Positions 31,047-41,447 of a DNA stretch of 64,000 nt are shown one piece after another (the first letter of the stretch is position 1; each line of letters starts with the position of its first letter). The notes beneath the pieces were generated by a model, which did no database searches, was not told the origin of the DNA, and was given only the letters and a program-made list of their open reading frames with translations. The stretch is from Ignavibacteriota bacterium. GTDB lineage: Bacteria; Bacteroidota; Ignavibacteria; UBA10030; UBA6906. Made by a program: the position numbers and the translations under genes. The stretch covers positions 832,001 through 896,000 of the forward strand of contig CAWDEM010000004.1 in NCBI GenBank assembly GCA_963801355.1, given 5' to 3'.

Positions 31047-31344
31047 GGTGTTTGTGAAGGGAATCCCAGCAGGAGTGTTCATAGAACGCAATCGAGGGAC
31101 GGAGTACGTGTTCAGGTATCTTGATGACTATCGTGGCGATCCAGTCTCGTTGACCATGCCGGTCAAGATCAAAGAAACAACATTTGATCGTTTCCCGCCC
31201 TTCTTTGATGGGGTTCTTCCGGAAGGGATCATGCTGGAAGGTCTATTACGTCAGAAAAAATTAGACAAGGATGATTTCTTCGGTCAGCTCATTGTTGTCG
31301 GAGAGGATCTCGTTGGTGCAGTGACCGTCGAACAAATGCCATGA
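31033..31344 (+). CDS. Stand-alone HipA N-terminal domain protein (HipS-like)
   Basis: YVFRY, PVSLTMP, PPFFDGVLPEG, D.FGQL..VG.DLVGAV; GTG start after AGGAG. Confidence 0.85.
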   Translation: MRQARVFVKGIPAGVFIERNRGTEYVFRYLDDYRGDPVSLTMPVKIKETTFDRFPPFFDGVLPEGIMLEGLLRQKKLDKDDFFGQLIVVGEDLVGAVTVEQMP

Positions 31345-32363
31345 ATCGTTGTCTCATAACATATGAAGAAATCCCTTCCGGGACGCGATACTCATCAGCC
31401 GGACTGAGAATCCTGTCGCGCAGGCTCAGAGGACTTCAGGTCCTCCCATATTCTGCAGAGCAACAAAGACATGAGGCGGTTGCCCGAGCCTCGAAAATGT
31501 CGATCCAGGGAATACAACCGAAGCTCAGCGCTCGCCTCAATGTCACCGAGGGGATATTCGAAATTGTTGACACTGGCGGAGAATACATACTCAAGCCACA
31601 AAATGATTTTCCCGAAGTGCCGGAGAACGAGGATTTGACGATGAGGCTTGCAGCATCAATTGGAGTTGAGATACCCATTCATGGCTTACTGTGTTCAAAA
31701 GACGATTCCCTCACATACTTCATCAAACGTTTTGACCGCACAGGTCAAGGGAAAATAGCCGTTGAGGACTTCGCGCAGCTTTCAGGCAAGACGAGGGATA
31801 CAAAATATGATTCCAGCATGGAACAGGTAATACGCATTATCGATACGCACTGCACCTTCCCGTCTGTCGAGAAAGTGAAACTGTTCCGGCTCACCCTTTT
31901 CAACTATCTGGTAGGCAACGAAGACATGCATTTGAAGAACTTCTCACTTGTACGAAGAAATGATAAGATTGAACTTTCGCCCGCCTACGATCTTGTGAAT
32001 ACCACCATTGCTTTGAAAGGTGTCCAAGAGGAAATTGCACTGCCCATAGATGGCAGAAAGAGGAATCTGTCTCGGCCACTCCTTATTGACTATTTTGGCA
32101 AGGAACGACTTGGCTTAGCGGACCGTGTTGTTGATGATGTGCTTGCCAGACTCGAGAACGCCGTTGGAGAATGGGAAAGAGTTATCAAGATGAGCTTTCT
32201 TTCTGATACAGCACAGACAAACTACGTAACCCTTTTGTCAAAGCGTGCACGATACTGCTGTCCGGAGCCTGACTACTGGACAACATCGCTATCGGGATAT
32301 TGTGGTTTATTGGTGTTGTTCTCTCGTCGAACGTTTATCTGGGTAGTTGACCTGGTTAGTTGA
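31341..32363 (+). CDS. HipA kinase-domain toxin (HipT-like); C-terminus possibly extended by a frameshift
   Basis: MSIQGIQPK loop, ILKP, ENEDLTM, KRFDR, EDFAQL, GNEDMHLKNFSL, LSPAYDL. Confidence 0.88.
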   Translation: MNRCLITYEEIPSGTRYSSAGLRILSRRLRGLQVLPYSAEQQRHEAVARASKMSIQGIQPKLSARLNVTEGIFEIVDTGGEYILKPQNDFPEVPENEDLTMRLAASIGVEIPIHGLLCSKDDSLTYFIKRFDRTGQGKIAVEDFAQLSGKTRDTKYDSSMEQVIRIIDTHCTFPSVEKVKLFRLTLFNYLVGNEDMHLKNFSLVRRNDKIELSPAYDLVNTTIALKGVQEEIALPIDGRKRNLSRPLLIDYFGKERLGLADRVVDDVLARLENAVGEWERVIKMSFLSDTAQTNYVTLLSKRARYCCPEPDYWTTSLSGYCGLLVLFSRRTFIWVVDLVS

Positions 32364-32395
32364 CCTTGGCGTCCTGTTTGACCTTGGCGTCCTGT
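32360..32395. repeat. 18-bp perfect tandem duplication TTGACCTTGGCGTCCTGT x2 at the left IS boundary
   Basis: Read directly. Confidence 0.85.
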
Positions 32396-33683
32396 TTGGT
32401 AAAATAGAAAAGGCCTCACTTTCGTGGTGGTGTAGATATCCGTACGTTCCGGATAACCAAAGTGACATCTCACCGACGAAAGGAGGCCCGTATGCGTGTC
32501 CAGAAGGTAACACGAAGTTTTGACAGTGGCAAGTCCGCTATCCTGTACGATCAGTATGTCGGCCTTGAATGGTCTCTCAAGACGATGGCGATCGCGCATA
32601 TGTCGCGTCATGATGATCATCCCCGGATCTTCGAACGTGAGCCCGACTTGAAAGAGCTGAAGCAATACCTCGGGTCGTTCAAGGGTCACACGATCATGAC
32701 GCTGGAGGAATCCGGGACTGCGCACTGGTTGTATCTGGAATTATTGGATTGTGTAGCAAGGATTATCGTCTGTGATCCATTCCACAACAGATTGTTGTGG
32801 CACGGCCCGAAGACGGATAAGATCGACGCGGGAAAGCTGTGCGAGCTGCTGCGGGCAGGACTTCTCAAGGAGGTCTACCACAGCGACAATGGAGTGTACG
32901 AACTCAGAACACTGGTCAGCGCGTATCAGGATGTTGTCTGTGCCGGAGTTCGCGCCCTGAACCAGAAGAGGGCCCTCACACTGGGGCACCGCGACAAGGG
33001 GAAGAGCGCCTCCTTTATTGGGGAAATGCTCCAGGAGAACATCGACCTCTATCGGCGCAGCAAACAGCAGTATGAGCGACGTCTCGCCGATGTGGCCCGG
33101 CGTAACACGCTGGTCCGCTACCAGAGAGAGATCGATGGTATCGGTACGATCGGAGCAGTGAAGGTCGTAGCCACGGTGGTGGATGCGAGGCGATTCCCCT
33201 ATGCAGGAAAGTACCTCTGTTACTGCGGACTCGTCACACATGAAAAACTCAGCGGCGGGCGCAGCTACGGTCAGCGAAAGCCGCGGTACAACAGAGTCCT
33301 GAAGTCCGTCTACAAGACTGCTGCCCTGGCCTCTATCAGGGGGGCGAATCCGATCCGAGCATATTACGATCATCTCCTCGCTCGAGGTATCGCCGAGCAC
33401 AACGCACGTCACGCTGTTGCCCGTTACATCGCACGGATCAGTTACGGGATGCTGAAGAGTGGCACACGCTACGAACCGTATCGTTGGAAGGACGAGGTAC
33501 AGAAAGTCATATAAAAGAGTCTATCATATTGTCGCCGCACGGTGCACTGGTCTGAGAGCAGCCCAGCGTGGATCTGAGAGATCCCTGAACATCGATGGGT
33601 CTTCTCCAGTTGGAGGGAGAGTTCACGATAGTCAATGCGCGCCTTATCTGCTTTGCAGCAGAGGCAAACGCCAGTTGTTTGGT
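32393..33683 (+). mobile_element. IS110-family insertion sequence (ends tentative)
   Basis: Transposase ORF; TGTTTGGT at both 32393 and 33676; structured noncoding region of about 170 nt after the ORF. Confidence 0.7.
32492..33514 (+). CDS. IS110-family transposase/recombinase
   Basis: AAGGAGG RBS; YVGLEWS (usually GLD), LEESG, KTDKIDA, IDGIG.IGA, RF......YCGL......SGG, AVARYIARI.YGML. Confidence 0.9.
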   Translation: MRVQKVTRSFDSGKSAILYDQYVGLEWSLKTMAIAHMSRHDDHPRIFEREPDLKELKQYLGSFKGHTIMTLEESGTAHWLYLELLDCVARIIVCDPFHNRLLWHGPKTDKIDAGKLCELLRAGLLKEVYHSDNGVYELRTLVSAYQDVVCAGVRALNQKRALTLGHRDKGKSASFIGEMLQENIDLYRRSKQQYERRLADVARRNTLVRYQREIDGIGTIGAVKVVATVVDARRFPYAGKYLCYCGLVTHEKLSGGRSYGQRKPRYNRVLKSVYKTAALASIRGANPIRAYYDHLLARGIAEHNARHAVARYIARISYGMLKSGTRYEPYRWKDEVQKVI

Positions 33684-33896
33684 TAACCCCCTCCCGTGTA
33701 TACTCGAATTTGCCGTAGCCCATAGAGAGCTCAGATAATTGAATAGAACACGTACCCGCGCAAAGTAAAGACTCTTCAAGAACAGGGACACGAGTCCATA
33801 CATTGCGCTCAGCCCGAAAGTGTGGCGGAATGTCAGAAAACGAAGCCCGTTCTCCGTTCAGGGTGAATTATTTCTTCTTGACATTCTTTTCTATAA

Positions 33897-33984
33897 TTGA
33901 CTATCCTTCCACGCCGGCGTATATTGCCACCGTACCGTTGATACCTCGTGCCGTCGGGATCACGCGCATACGTGCAGGTCTCCC
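33897..33984 (+). promoter_or_regulatory. Kinase-associated promoter and conserved leader, copy 2
   Basis: TTGACT(33897)-17-TATATT(33920) GCCACCGTACCGTTGATACCTCGTGCCGTCGGGAT. Confidence 0.75.
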
Positions 33985-34098
33985 ATGATCGGGCACACGA
34001 TCTCCCGCTACAAAATTCTCCAGCAGCTTGGTGCAGGTGGAATGGGCGTTGTCTATGAAGCCCTGGACCTGAAGCTCGACCGGACTGTTGCGCTCAAA
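33985..34098 (+). pseudogene. 5' stub (about 38 codons) of a Ser/Thr kinase gene
   Basis: [38 protein letters not shown], then homology ends at the RBS of the next gene. Confidence 0.85.
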
Positions 34099-34114
34099 TC
34101 AAAGGAGGATAGCC

Positions 34115-34495
34115 ATGACACTCAAGACCCTCATGATCATCAAGGCGGTTGTTTGCGTGGTCTTCGGACCCATTCTGCTCTTTCTTCCTGACCCGTTGCT
34201 GACTATGTTGGGGAGCTCGTTCGGGCCCGGAGCCGCAATCACTGCCAGGGAATACGGAGCGGCTCTCGTGGGTAATTTCCTGCTTGTCTGGCTTGCCAGA
34301 AATGCCGAAGAATCGGTGGCGAGGCGGGCGATACTTTGGGATTTGTTCGTGTATGATGCCATTGCATTCATTGCCATGCTACTGATTCAACTCTCCGGCG
34401 GAATGAATCTGCTCGGGTGGAGTATTGTGGCCATCTACCTCTTCTTCGGGGTTGCCTTTGGGTATTTCTTACTGCCGCGACAGAGGGTTGCCTGA
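34115..34495 (+). CDS. Small integral membrane protein (about 4 TM), unknown function
   Basis: AAGGAGG RBS; four hydrophobic segments. Confidence 0.75.
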   Translation: MTLKTLMIIKAVVCVVFGPILLFLPDPLLTMLGSSFGPGAAITAREYGAALVGNFLLVWLARNAEESVARRAILWDLFVYDAIAFIAMLLIQLSGGMNLLGWSIVAIYLFFGVAFGYFLLPRQRVA

Positions 34496-34549
34496 ATGTT
34501 TGATGCTTTTCCTTAACCCTACTTGCGTCGATTATCCAAAGGAAGCGCG

Positions 34550-35335
34550 ATGGATGAAAAGTTATATGCTGTTGGCGCAAAGTACTACGATGGCGCCTAC
34601 CAGAACAATCCGAACCTCGACGATGTACCCTTCTATCTGGACCTCGCCCGGCGCTATGGCGGGCCGGTCCTCGAAATCGCGTGCGGCACGGGACGTGTTC
34701 TCCTCGAGATCGCTCGAAATGGAATTGAGATCTGGGGAATCGATTTTTCAAAAGAACAACTGACAGTCCTTAACTCCAAGCTTCTGAAAGAACCGGAGCG
34801 AATAAGAAATCTTGTGAGGGTGTTCAACGGTGACATGCGTACATTTTCACTCGAAAGGAAGTTTCCCCTCGCCATCATTCCTTTCCGGCCGATGCAACAC
34901 ATGTATACAATCGAGGATCAAATCAGCGCGCTGAACGCGGCAAAGGCTCATCTTCTGCCCAAAGGTATTCTTGCATTCGATGTGTTCTATCCAAGCTACT
35001 CGGCTTTGCTGGAACCATTGGGTAGTGAAACGCCCGAACTCGAATGGCGCGCTCCGGAGGATGTCGGGCGTCGTGTGCGCAGGTACTTTAGGAGGACCGG
35101 GGTGAACTTTCTCCAGCAGTATTTTGAGGGGGAGTTCGTTTTCCGCACGTTCGATGGAGACCGGCTCATCAAGGAAGAGCGGTCACCATTCAAGTTGGGA
35201 TACTACACCTACCCTCAACTTCTTCTCCTCTTCCGGCATTGCGGGCTTGAGGTAGTTGAACAATACGGCAGCTTCAAACGAGAGCCCATCGACATCTGCA
35301 AGGAGATGATATTCCTCCTGAGGCCGGCAAGCTGA
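34550..35335 (+). CDS. Class I SAM-dependent methyltransferase
   Basis: DVPFY, GPVLEIACGTGRV, GIDFS, GDMRTF, HL.P.G.LAFD. Confidence 0.9.
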   Translation: MDEKLYAVGAKYYDGAYQNNPNLDDVPFYLDLARRYGGPVLEIACGTGRVLLEIARNGIEIWGIDFSKEQLTVLNSKLLKEPERIRNLVRVFNGDMRTFSLERKFPLAIIPFRPMQHMYTIEDQISALNAAKAHLLPKGILAFDVFYPSYSALLEPLGSETPELEWRAPEDVGRRVRRYFRRTGVNFLQQYFEGEFVFRTFDGDRLIKEERSPFKLGYYTYPQLLLLFRHCGLEVVEQYGSFKREPIDICKEMIFLLRPAS

Positions 35336-35371
35336 AGAGCCCACCCGGGCCGGGCTCCACATAGGTGATCC

Positions 35372-36787
35372 ATGATGAGAAATGTTCTATTGCTCCTCCT
35401 TGCTGCAACACTCCCGGGGATTTTATCGGGTTCGCGCGACACACGCCCGTACGATGTGAGGGTCAAAGAGATGCTCTTCGCCACCCCCAGCTCCACCATC
35501 GCATTTTCGGGACAAGATGCGCTGCTCGCAAGCACGCCACCAATGGGCTGGAATAGCTGGGATGCGTATGGAACCAACGTGCGCGAGGAACAGGTGAAAG
35601 CAAATGCAGACGCGATGGCTCGCGACCTTGCACCTTTTGGCTACCGCTATGTTGTGGTGGACATCCAGTGGTACCAGCCGACGGCGCATGGACACGAGTA
35701 CATCCCTGGAGCGTCCCTGGCAATGGATGAGTACGGGCGCCTGATACCTGCCGTGAACAGGTTTCCCTCTTCGGCGAATGGGGCAGGATTCAAGCCGCTT
35801 GCCGATTATGTTCATGCCCTTGGTCTCAAATTCGGCATCCATGTCATGCGGGGTATCCCGCGTCAGGCGGTTAAGAAAAACACACCTATTGTGGGGACCC
35901 CATACCGTGCCGCTGACGTCGCGGACACAACGAATGGATGCGCTTGGAACCCGGACATGTGGGGGATTGACGTACGGAAGCCGGGCGGGCAGGCGTACTA
36001 CGACGCGATCGCGCAACTCTACTCGTCGTGGGGAGTCGACTTCGTGAAAGCCGATGACATGGGAAGCCATCGCTTTCAGCCACTCGAGATTTCCGCCCTG
36101 CGTCGCGCGCTTGATCTCACCGGCCGGCCAATCGTACTCAGCATCTCACCGGGTCCCGCGCCCCTCGATTCCGCCTCCTTCCTCGCACAGCACGCTCAGA
36201 TGTGGCGCATCTCAGATGACTTCTGGGACGACTGGATACTCGTGCGCGGGCAGTTTGACTATGCGCGCGATTGGGCCCGTTTCGTCGGTGACCACAACAC
36301 TTGGCCTGACGCTGACATGCTGCCCTTCGGCCAACTTCGCCTCACCGACTCGGCTGGCCAAGGCACTCCCACCAGGCTTACACCGGATGAGCAGCGCACG
36401 GTGATGACCCTTTGGAGCATCTTTCGCTCACCACTCATCATTGGCGGCAGCCTACACACGCTCGACGGACCAACCCTCGCCTTGCTCACCAACACCGAAG
36501 TGCTCAGCGTCAATCAACACGGGCAGGCGCCCCGTCAGATGCTTGAACGACCCGGCGTGCGCGTCTGGCGCTCCACCGTCCCAGAGAGTGCTGATCAGTA
36601 CATCGCTGTGTTCAACATTGATTCCGTAGCTCGCCAATTCAACTTCACCTGGAAGGATGTTGGCCTCAGCACGGGCCGCCATGCCATCCGTGACCTGTGG
36701 AATCACCGCTCGCTGGGCAAGGCCGGGCGACTACACGTCGAGCTCTCCTCTCACGCAAGTGCGCTTTTCCGCATCGACGGTCAGTGA
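35372..36787 (+). CDS. GH27 glycoside hydrolase (alpha-galactosidase/arabinopyranosidase-like)
   Basis: TPPMGWNSWD, VVDIQW, GLKFGIH, WGVDFVKAD, MWRISDDFWD, WPDADMLP. Confidence 0.92.
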   Translation: MMRNVLLLLLAATLPGILSGSRDTRPYDVRVKEMLFATPSSTIAFSGQDALLASTPPMGWNSWDAYGTNVREEQVKANADAMARDLAPFGYRYVVVDIQWYQPTAHGHEYIPGASLAMDEYGRLIPAVNRFPSSANGAGFKPLADYVHALGLKFGIHVMRGIPRQAVKKNTPIVGTPYRAADVADTTNGCAWNPDMWGIDVRKPGGQAYYDAIAQLYSSWGVDFVKADDMGSHRFQPLEISALRRALDLTGRPIVLSISPGPAPLDSASFLAQHAQMWRISDDFWDDWILVRGQFDYARDWARFVGDHNTWPDADMLPFGQLRLTDSAGQGTPTRLTPDEQRTVMTLWSIFRSPLIIGGSLHTLDGPTLALLTNTEVLSVNQHGQAPRQMLERPGVRVWRSTVPESADQYIAVFNIDSVARQFNFTWKDVGLSTGRHAIRDLWNHRSLGKAGRLHVELSSHASALFRIDGQ

Positions 36788-36837
36788 TTGTGTTCTGCAC
36801 CCGGTCACGATATCGCCGATTCCGGGAGGTCCGGCAG

Positions 36838-38298
36838 CTATCTCAAAAGTAACATGCGTTTGGTGAGGAGGGAATTCTGCATTTCCAGAGAGCAAAAATA
36901 CACGCCGCTGCCATACTCCGATGCATTCCACACCACTGAATGTGTTCCTGCATCCAATTCCTTGTCCACCAACCTGATGATTTCGTTGCCAAGCACATCA
37001 TGAATTGTCAACGCAGCGTGCGTTCGTTTTGACAAGCCGAAGGTGATCGTGGTCGTTGGATTGAACGGGTTGGGATAGTTCTGTTTTAGGGAGGATTCTG
37101 CTGGTTGTGAACGCGCATTCAATATTCCCATGTCTGCGCCGGAGGGCGTGGCATCGACTGCTCGAATAATTGCCTGGATAATCTCCGGATATGCCTTCGC
37201 ACCGGTGGACCGATTGAAAAGTCCCATAGCATTGTCACCGGTATAGCCATTGTCCCAGTAGAACGGTACAAGCCCATGCTTGCAGAGGGATCCGGTGATA
37301 TACTGGATGTAGTATAGTCGGTATCCGGCGTGTTCGGCATTGAGCGCTGCACTCCCCAGATTCAAGCGGGCCTGGGCACCGTACTCGCCCAGCATCACCC
37401 CATACCCTTTGTCGATGAAATTGGTCTTCATCTTCTGGAATTGTCCATCGGCGTACGCTTCGTTTGCCCAGCTTTCGCTCTTTGGTGCGTTCTGCCCCCA
37501 CTGATAAACGGTGCTGCTGGAATTTATTGTGAAATTGTATGGATCGTAGTAGTGGACTTCGACAATCAGTCTATGTGGCACGACATCAGCGGGCACGGCA
37601 AAATAGTTCACAGTGTGATCGATGTTCGTATTGAATCCCTGTACCGCCAGGTGGCGATAGTAGTTCCGCCCGCCTGTTGATCGCACCGTGGCCACGAATG
37701 TCTGATTGTAACTATTCTGGACGGTATAGTATTCTTTCGTCGGTGTCCCGTAGTTGCCGGTCACCATGACTTCATTGGTCCCTGCAAAAATCAGATGGTC
37801 GTCATAGTCCCGAAAGTGGACTGCAATCTGGCGCCACATCGCCGCCAGCCTGTTGTTCACATACGACTGATAACCATACCTCGGTTGAATCCAGCCGTTG
37901 TCCCAATGTTCATTGATGATGGCATACATGCTGTCACTGAGAACGTAGTTGACCACCTGTTCCACGCGCGCCAGCCAGGCTGGGTCAATGGAGTATGTTG
38001 CTGTATCGGTGAAGCGGCTCCAGGCCACCGGTATACGCACGGCACGAAATCCCGCTGCCTTGATTGAATCGATGAGTCTCTGCGTGATGAGCGGATTCCC
38101 CCATGCTGTCTCACCGCCGATGGCCTCCAACGAGTTGCCGACGTTCCAGCCCGGAACCATCTCCGGGGCCAATTCGACGGATGTCAGGTTGCGCATTCCC
38201 GTGGGGTCAGGCGGAATGCTATCTTCAAGTACTCTTGAGTTCGTCTGGGCAATGCCCACAACTGGAACGAACAGCAGCACAATGAGAATGTTCTTCAT
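36838..38298 (-). CDS. GH5 endoglucanase/xyloglucanase-like enzyme with T9SS CTD
   Basis: GWNVGNSLEA, ETAWGNP, VRIPVAW, INEHWD, GTNE (acid/base), VHYYDPY, GEYG (nucleophile), YWDNG; CTD. Confidence 0.92.
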   Translation of the reverse strand: MKNILIVLLFVPVVGIAQTNSRVLEDSIPPDPTGMRNLTSVELAPEMVPGWNVGNSLEAIGGETAWGNPLITQRLIDSIKAAGFRAVRIPVAWSRFTDTATYSIDPAWLARVEQVVNYVLSDSMYAIINEHWDNGWIQPRYGYQSYVNNRLAAMWRQIAVHFRDYDDHLIFAGTNEVMVTGNYGTPTKEYYTVQNSYNQTFVATVRSTGGRNYYRHLAVQGFNTNIDHTVNYFAVPADVVPHRLIVEVHYYDPYNFTINSSSTVYQWGQNAPKSESWANEAYADGQFQKMKTNFIDKGYGVMLGEYGAQARLNLGSAALNAEHAGYRLYYIQYITGSLCKHGLVPFYWDNGYTGDNAMGLFNRSTGAKAYPEIIQAIIRAVDATPSGADMGILNARSQPAESSLKQNYPNPFNPTTTITFGLSKRTHAALTIHDVLGNEIIRLVDKELDAGTHSVVWNASEYGSGVYFCSLEMQNSLLTKRMLLLR

Positions 38299-38850
38299 AC
38301 TTCTTCTTCCGGTGAGAAACAAAGAACGAACCGATGAAGCCGTGCCTCTCCAATGGGTCGATGTATGAAACATAGCGAATCGGCATCGCAATCGCCAGTT
38401 GGTGGAGCATATCGAGGCAGGAATGAAAGTGCATCGCGAGGGTCATGGTCTGGTTGCCGACGAAATCATCGAGGTCAAGGAAGGAATGTAACATAAAGTA
38501 GTATGCAGACGTGGGCTCAATGGCCTGAAGTAATTGCCTCCCACAAGTTCGTGTGTCTGCGTCTGGATCTCGATCGAGAGGAGACCCTGGTGGAAAACAG
38601 CGATTGACGCTGAACTGAAGTAGCGATTTGAGTTTGGATTCGCTATGTTGCACACGTGCGGAGTTATGAAGAGGCACAGCCAATTTGCCCTGCTTCTCTA
38701 TGGCCAATTCAACCCCCAAGAGCTATTGTGTCATTGTCTTCTTTTCTCTTCTCGTCCTGCCTTTCGCGACCCCGGTTGTGCAACACCAATCCTCCCGAAG
38801 TGAGCCCGAAGTTATAGAGGCAAACAATGCTGAGGACAACACGCTGGCCG

Positions 38851-38955
38851 ATCGGTCCCTGACGGCTTCCTCAGCCCAAGGGCCGCCGCTCTGGTCCCCA
38901 TTCTGGTCCCTCCGCTCAAGAACCCTCTCCGGCAACTTGCAGAGCGGGGCCATTG
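38851..38955 (+). repeat. Conserved island leader element, copy C
   Basis: ATCGGTCCCTGACGGCTTCCTCAGCCCAAGGGCCGCCGCTCTGGTCCCC matches 53957-54005 and about 60845-60890. Confidence 0.8.
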
Positions 38956-39128
38956 AAGTCCGTCCGGACGACGTCGGTGGTTGCGTCCAGCGGCGTGACA
39001 CTGTGGCTATCATTACAACCGATCGTAGCTCCGCTTCTCAGCAATTGGAGGAGCCTCTGATGAAATCCCGAGGCATCCACCGGCTCTTTTGAGAAGTTCA
39101 AATTCAAAAGGAAGGCATCCCACAACCC

Positions 39129-41447
39129 ATGAACCGACGCGAATCGTTGAAAAATCTGGCGGCAACGTTTGCCACCGTACAGCTGGCTCATTTACCTCCG
39201 TTTGAAAGGTTCGAGCATATGACTGCCACGATCGATGAGAGCATTCTCACGCGTCTGGATCTGCTCCGGACGGAACCGCCGTGCCGATCGGAGATCCTGA
39301 TCGAGCGAGGGGGCGCGCGACTGTTTCTCAACGGCAAGGAGGAATTCCCGTTCTTTGCCGTCAGCTCCAGTTCACTCCGCACGGCGAAGAGTTATCGGGA
39401 AGCCGGAATACGCTTTCTGCATCCGTTGATCGGCCTTGAAGACGGCTGGATTGGTCCGGGGAAGTACGACTGGACACAATACGATAAGTATTTCGCGAAG
39501 CTCCTGGAGATCGTTCCCGATGCGTTTCTCTTTCCACGCATTCACCTTTATGCTCCGGTGTGGTGGAAAGAGGCACATCCTCAGGAACTCATCACGTGCG
39601 GACTCCCTGTACCGCCTGAGGAATACAATGTTCTCCCACAGTATGTCGACAGGGACTCGGGACTGAACTGGTCGCTGAACGATCCATATGGCGCATCGTT
39701 TGCCTCCGAGATCTGGAAGAAGGAGACTGCGGAGACACTCCGGCAATTCCTGAGGCATCTGGAATCGTCGCCCTTGAAGAGCAGAATGATGGGATACCAC
39801 GTGTCCGGTATGCACACCGGTGAGTGGCATTACCTCGGATGCCGTTGGTTTCCCGACTACAGTGCGCCGATGCAGAAGGTGGCTGGACCAGTGCCGTCGG
39901 TTGAGCGTCGAATCGACAAGGATGGACCGTTGTTGCGCGACCCCGAGACCGACGGGGATGTCATCGATTTTCTTAGAAAGTACCACGCAAACACGGCAGA
40001 GACGGTGGCAGTGTTTGCAAAGATTGTCAAGGAAGAGACCGGGAGGCGGGTCATTTGCGGTACGTTTTTCTGCTATGTTCTAGAAAATGTCATGATCCAG
40101 GAAGCTGGGCACCTCGTGCCGGACGCGGTGCTCCATTCTCCCGACATCGACTTCATCGCGACACCGTATACATATCAGCGGAGCAATGTCCCCGGCAATC
40201 AGCGATGGGATAGCGACGTGATCGATGACGCGGGCAACTGGCTTGGCCGTGCCCGTGGGGTTGGTGGCGACGGCGCATACCGTGTGCTGAGCGAGTCCAT
40301 ACGCCGAAACAAGAAAATGTTCATATCAGAAATTGATTGCAGTACCTACCTGGAGCCGTACCGGCGGAGCGAGGGCGGTTCCGGTTCGGATACAATCGAA
40401 GGAACACTCAAGATCCTCCAACGTGATATCGGTCAGGTTTTTGCCACAGGTCATGCCGGCTGGTTGTTCGACTTCGGACACCTCAGCCCACCATTCAAAG
40501 CCAACAAGAGCTGGTACGATGATCCTCCAATGATTCACGAAATCAGATCGCTTCTAAGTCTGGGAGAAAAAGAGCGCCCGATACTCGATATCAGTCCGAT
40601 CTCCGAGATCGCCGCGGTCTATGAACCGAAGTCATGGCTTGCGACGAAGAGTTGGAAGGCCGAAGAACCGTGGGAGCACCACGGTATTGTCATAAGCGAT
40701 TTTATCGGCCACTGGATGGTAAACTCACAGGCGCGCACAATCAACCGGATTGGTACGCCAGCGGATTTTCTGTACCGTTTTGATCTCACCCCCGATGACC
40801 GTTCTCGATTCAAGCTCTTTCTCATGGTCAATACATTCTTCCTGACAGGGGATGAAGTGCAACGGCTCCGGATGCTTTTCAAAGGATCAGGTGCAACGGT
40901 CCTCTGGTTCTACGCGCCGGGCTACATTGGTCAACATAAGTTCGAGCCGTCGCAGATGGAGGAGTTGACCGGTTTCACATTCAGGCGGATGGATGCACCT
41001 GGCCCGATGATGATCCGGTGCAAGATCGAAGAGAATGAACTGAAGTACTTCCGGGAGTTTGGTGTGCAGAAGCCGCATTACCCGCGTTTTACGGTCGTAC
41101 CGCGCGAGGGTGAAATGCTCCGCATCCATGGCACCTGGAGTGACAGTCAGGAAATTGCATTTGCGAGCAAGGAATACGATGGCTTCACGTCGATCTACGT
41201 GGGAACGGGACCGATGCCGGTAGAATTGCTCCGGTGGATTGCAGGGCGGGCGGGAGTGAAGCTCTGGAGTTCCAAACCCGACAATGTACGGGCCACCAAG
41301 GACGCAGCAATGCTCGTCGCGACCGATGAAGGTGAACGGGTCTTCAGGCTGCCGCACCCGATGGCTTCCGTGGAGGGAGGTGCTGCGGCAATCGAACACA
41401 GGCTCTCAATGCAGTTCGGGGAAGTGAGACTCTTTGTGAAGGCTTGA
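39129..41447 (+). CDS. Putative beta-galactosidase-like (clan GH-A) glycoside hydrolase with a Tat-like N-terminus
   Basis: NRRESLK; W..PG.YDW...D, PR+.L.AP.WW...HP.E, SFAS..W, GYH......GEW, EID..T; family not resolved. Confidence 0.6.
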   Translation: MNRRESLKNLAATFATVQLAHLPPFERFEHMTATIDESILTRLDLLRTEPPCRSEILIERGGARLFLNGKEEFPFFAVSSSSLRTAKSYREAGIRFLHPLIGLEDGWIGPGKYDWTQYDKYFAKLLEIVPDAFLFPRIHLYAPVWWKEAHPQELITCGLPVPPEEYNVLPQYVDRDSGLNWSLNDPYGASFASEIWKKETAETLRQFLRHLESSPLKSRMMGYHVSGMHTGEWHYLGCRWFPDYSAPMQKVAGPVPSVERRIDKDGPLLRDPETDGDVIDFLRKYHANTAETVAVFAKIVKEETGRRVICGTFFCYVLENVMIQEAGHLVPDAVLHSPDIDFIATPYTYQRSNVPGNQRWDSDVIDDAGNWLGRARGVGGDGAYRVLSESIRRNKKMFISEIDCSTYLEPYRRSEGGSGSDTIEGTLKILQRDIGQVFATGHAGWLFDFGHLSPPFKANKSWYDDPPMIHEIRSLLSLGEKERPILDISPISEIAAVYEPKSWLATKSWKAEEPWEHHGIVISDFIGHWMVNSQARTINRIGTPADFLYRFDLTPDDRSRFKLFLMVNTFFLTGDEVQRLRMLFKGSGATVLWFYAPGYIGQHKFEPSQMEELTGFTFRRMDAPGPMMIRCKIEENELKYFREFGVQKPHYPRFTVVPREGEMLRIHGTWSDSQEIAFASKEYDGFTSIYVGTGPMPVELLRWIAGRAGVKLWSSKPDNVRATKDAAMLVATDEGERVFRLPHPMASVEGGAAAIEHRLSMQFGEVRLFVKA

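Noticed and set aside
32346-32400. Short repeats as a CRISPR array
   Set aside because: Only two adjacent copies, no spacers and no cas genes; the same applies at 13854 and 53296.
33878-33897. TTGACA...TATAAT consensus promoter
   Set aside because: The spacer is only 8 bp; the adjacent TTGACT-17-TATATT is the plausible promoter.
38390-38491. Possible C-terminal gene fragment (NRQLVEHIEAGMKVHREGHGLVADEIIEVKEGM*)
   Set aside because: Protein-like but short and unassignable.
38575-38625. Left arm of a further island (CCTGGTGGA; GACGCTGAACTGAA similar to about 60724)
   Set aside because: The matches are short and no tRNA fragment precedes them, so this is too weak to call a boundary.
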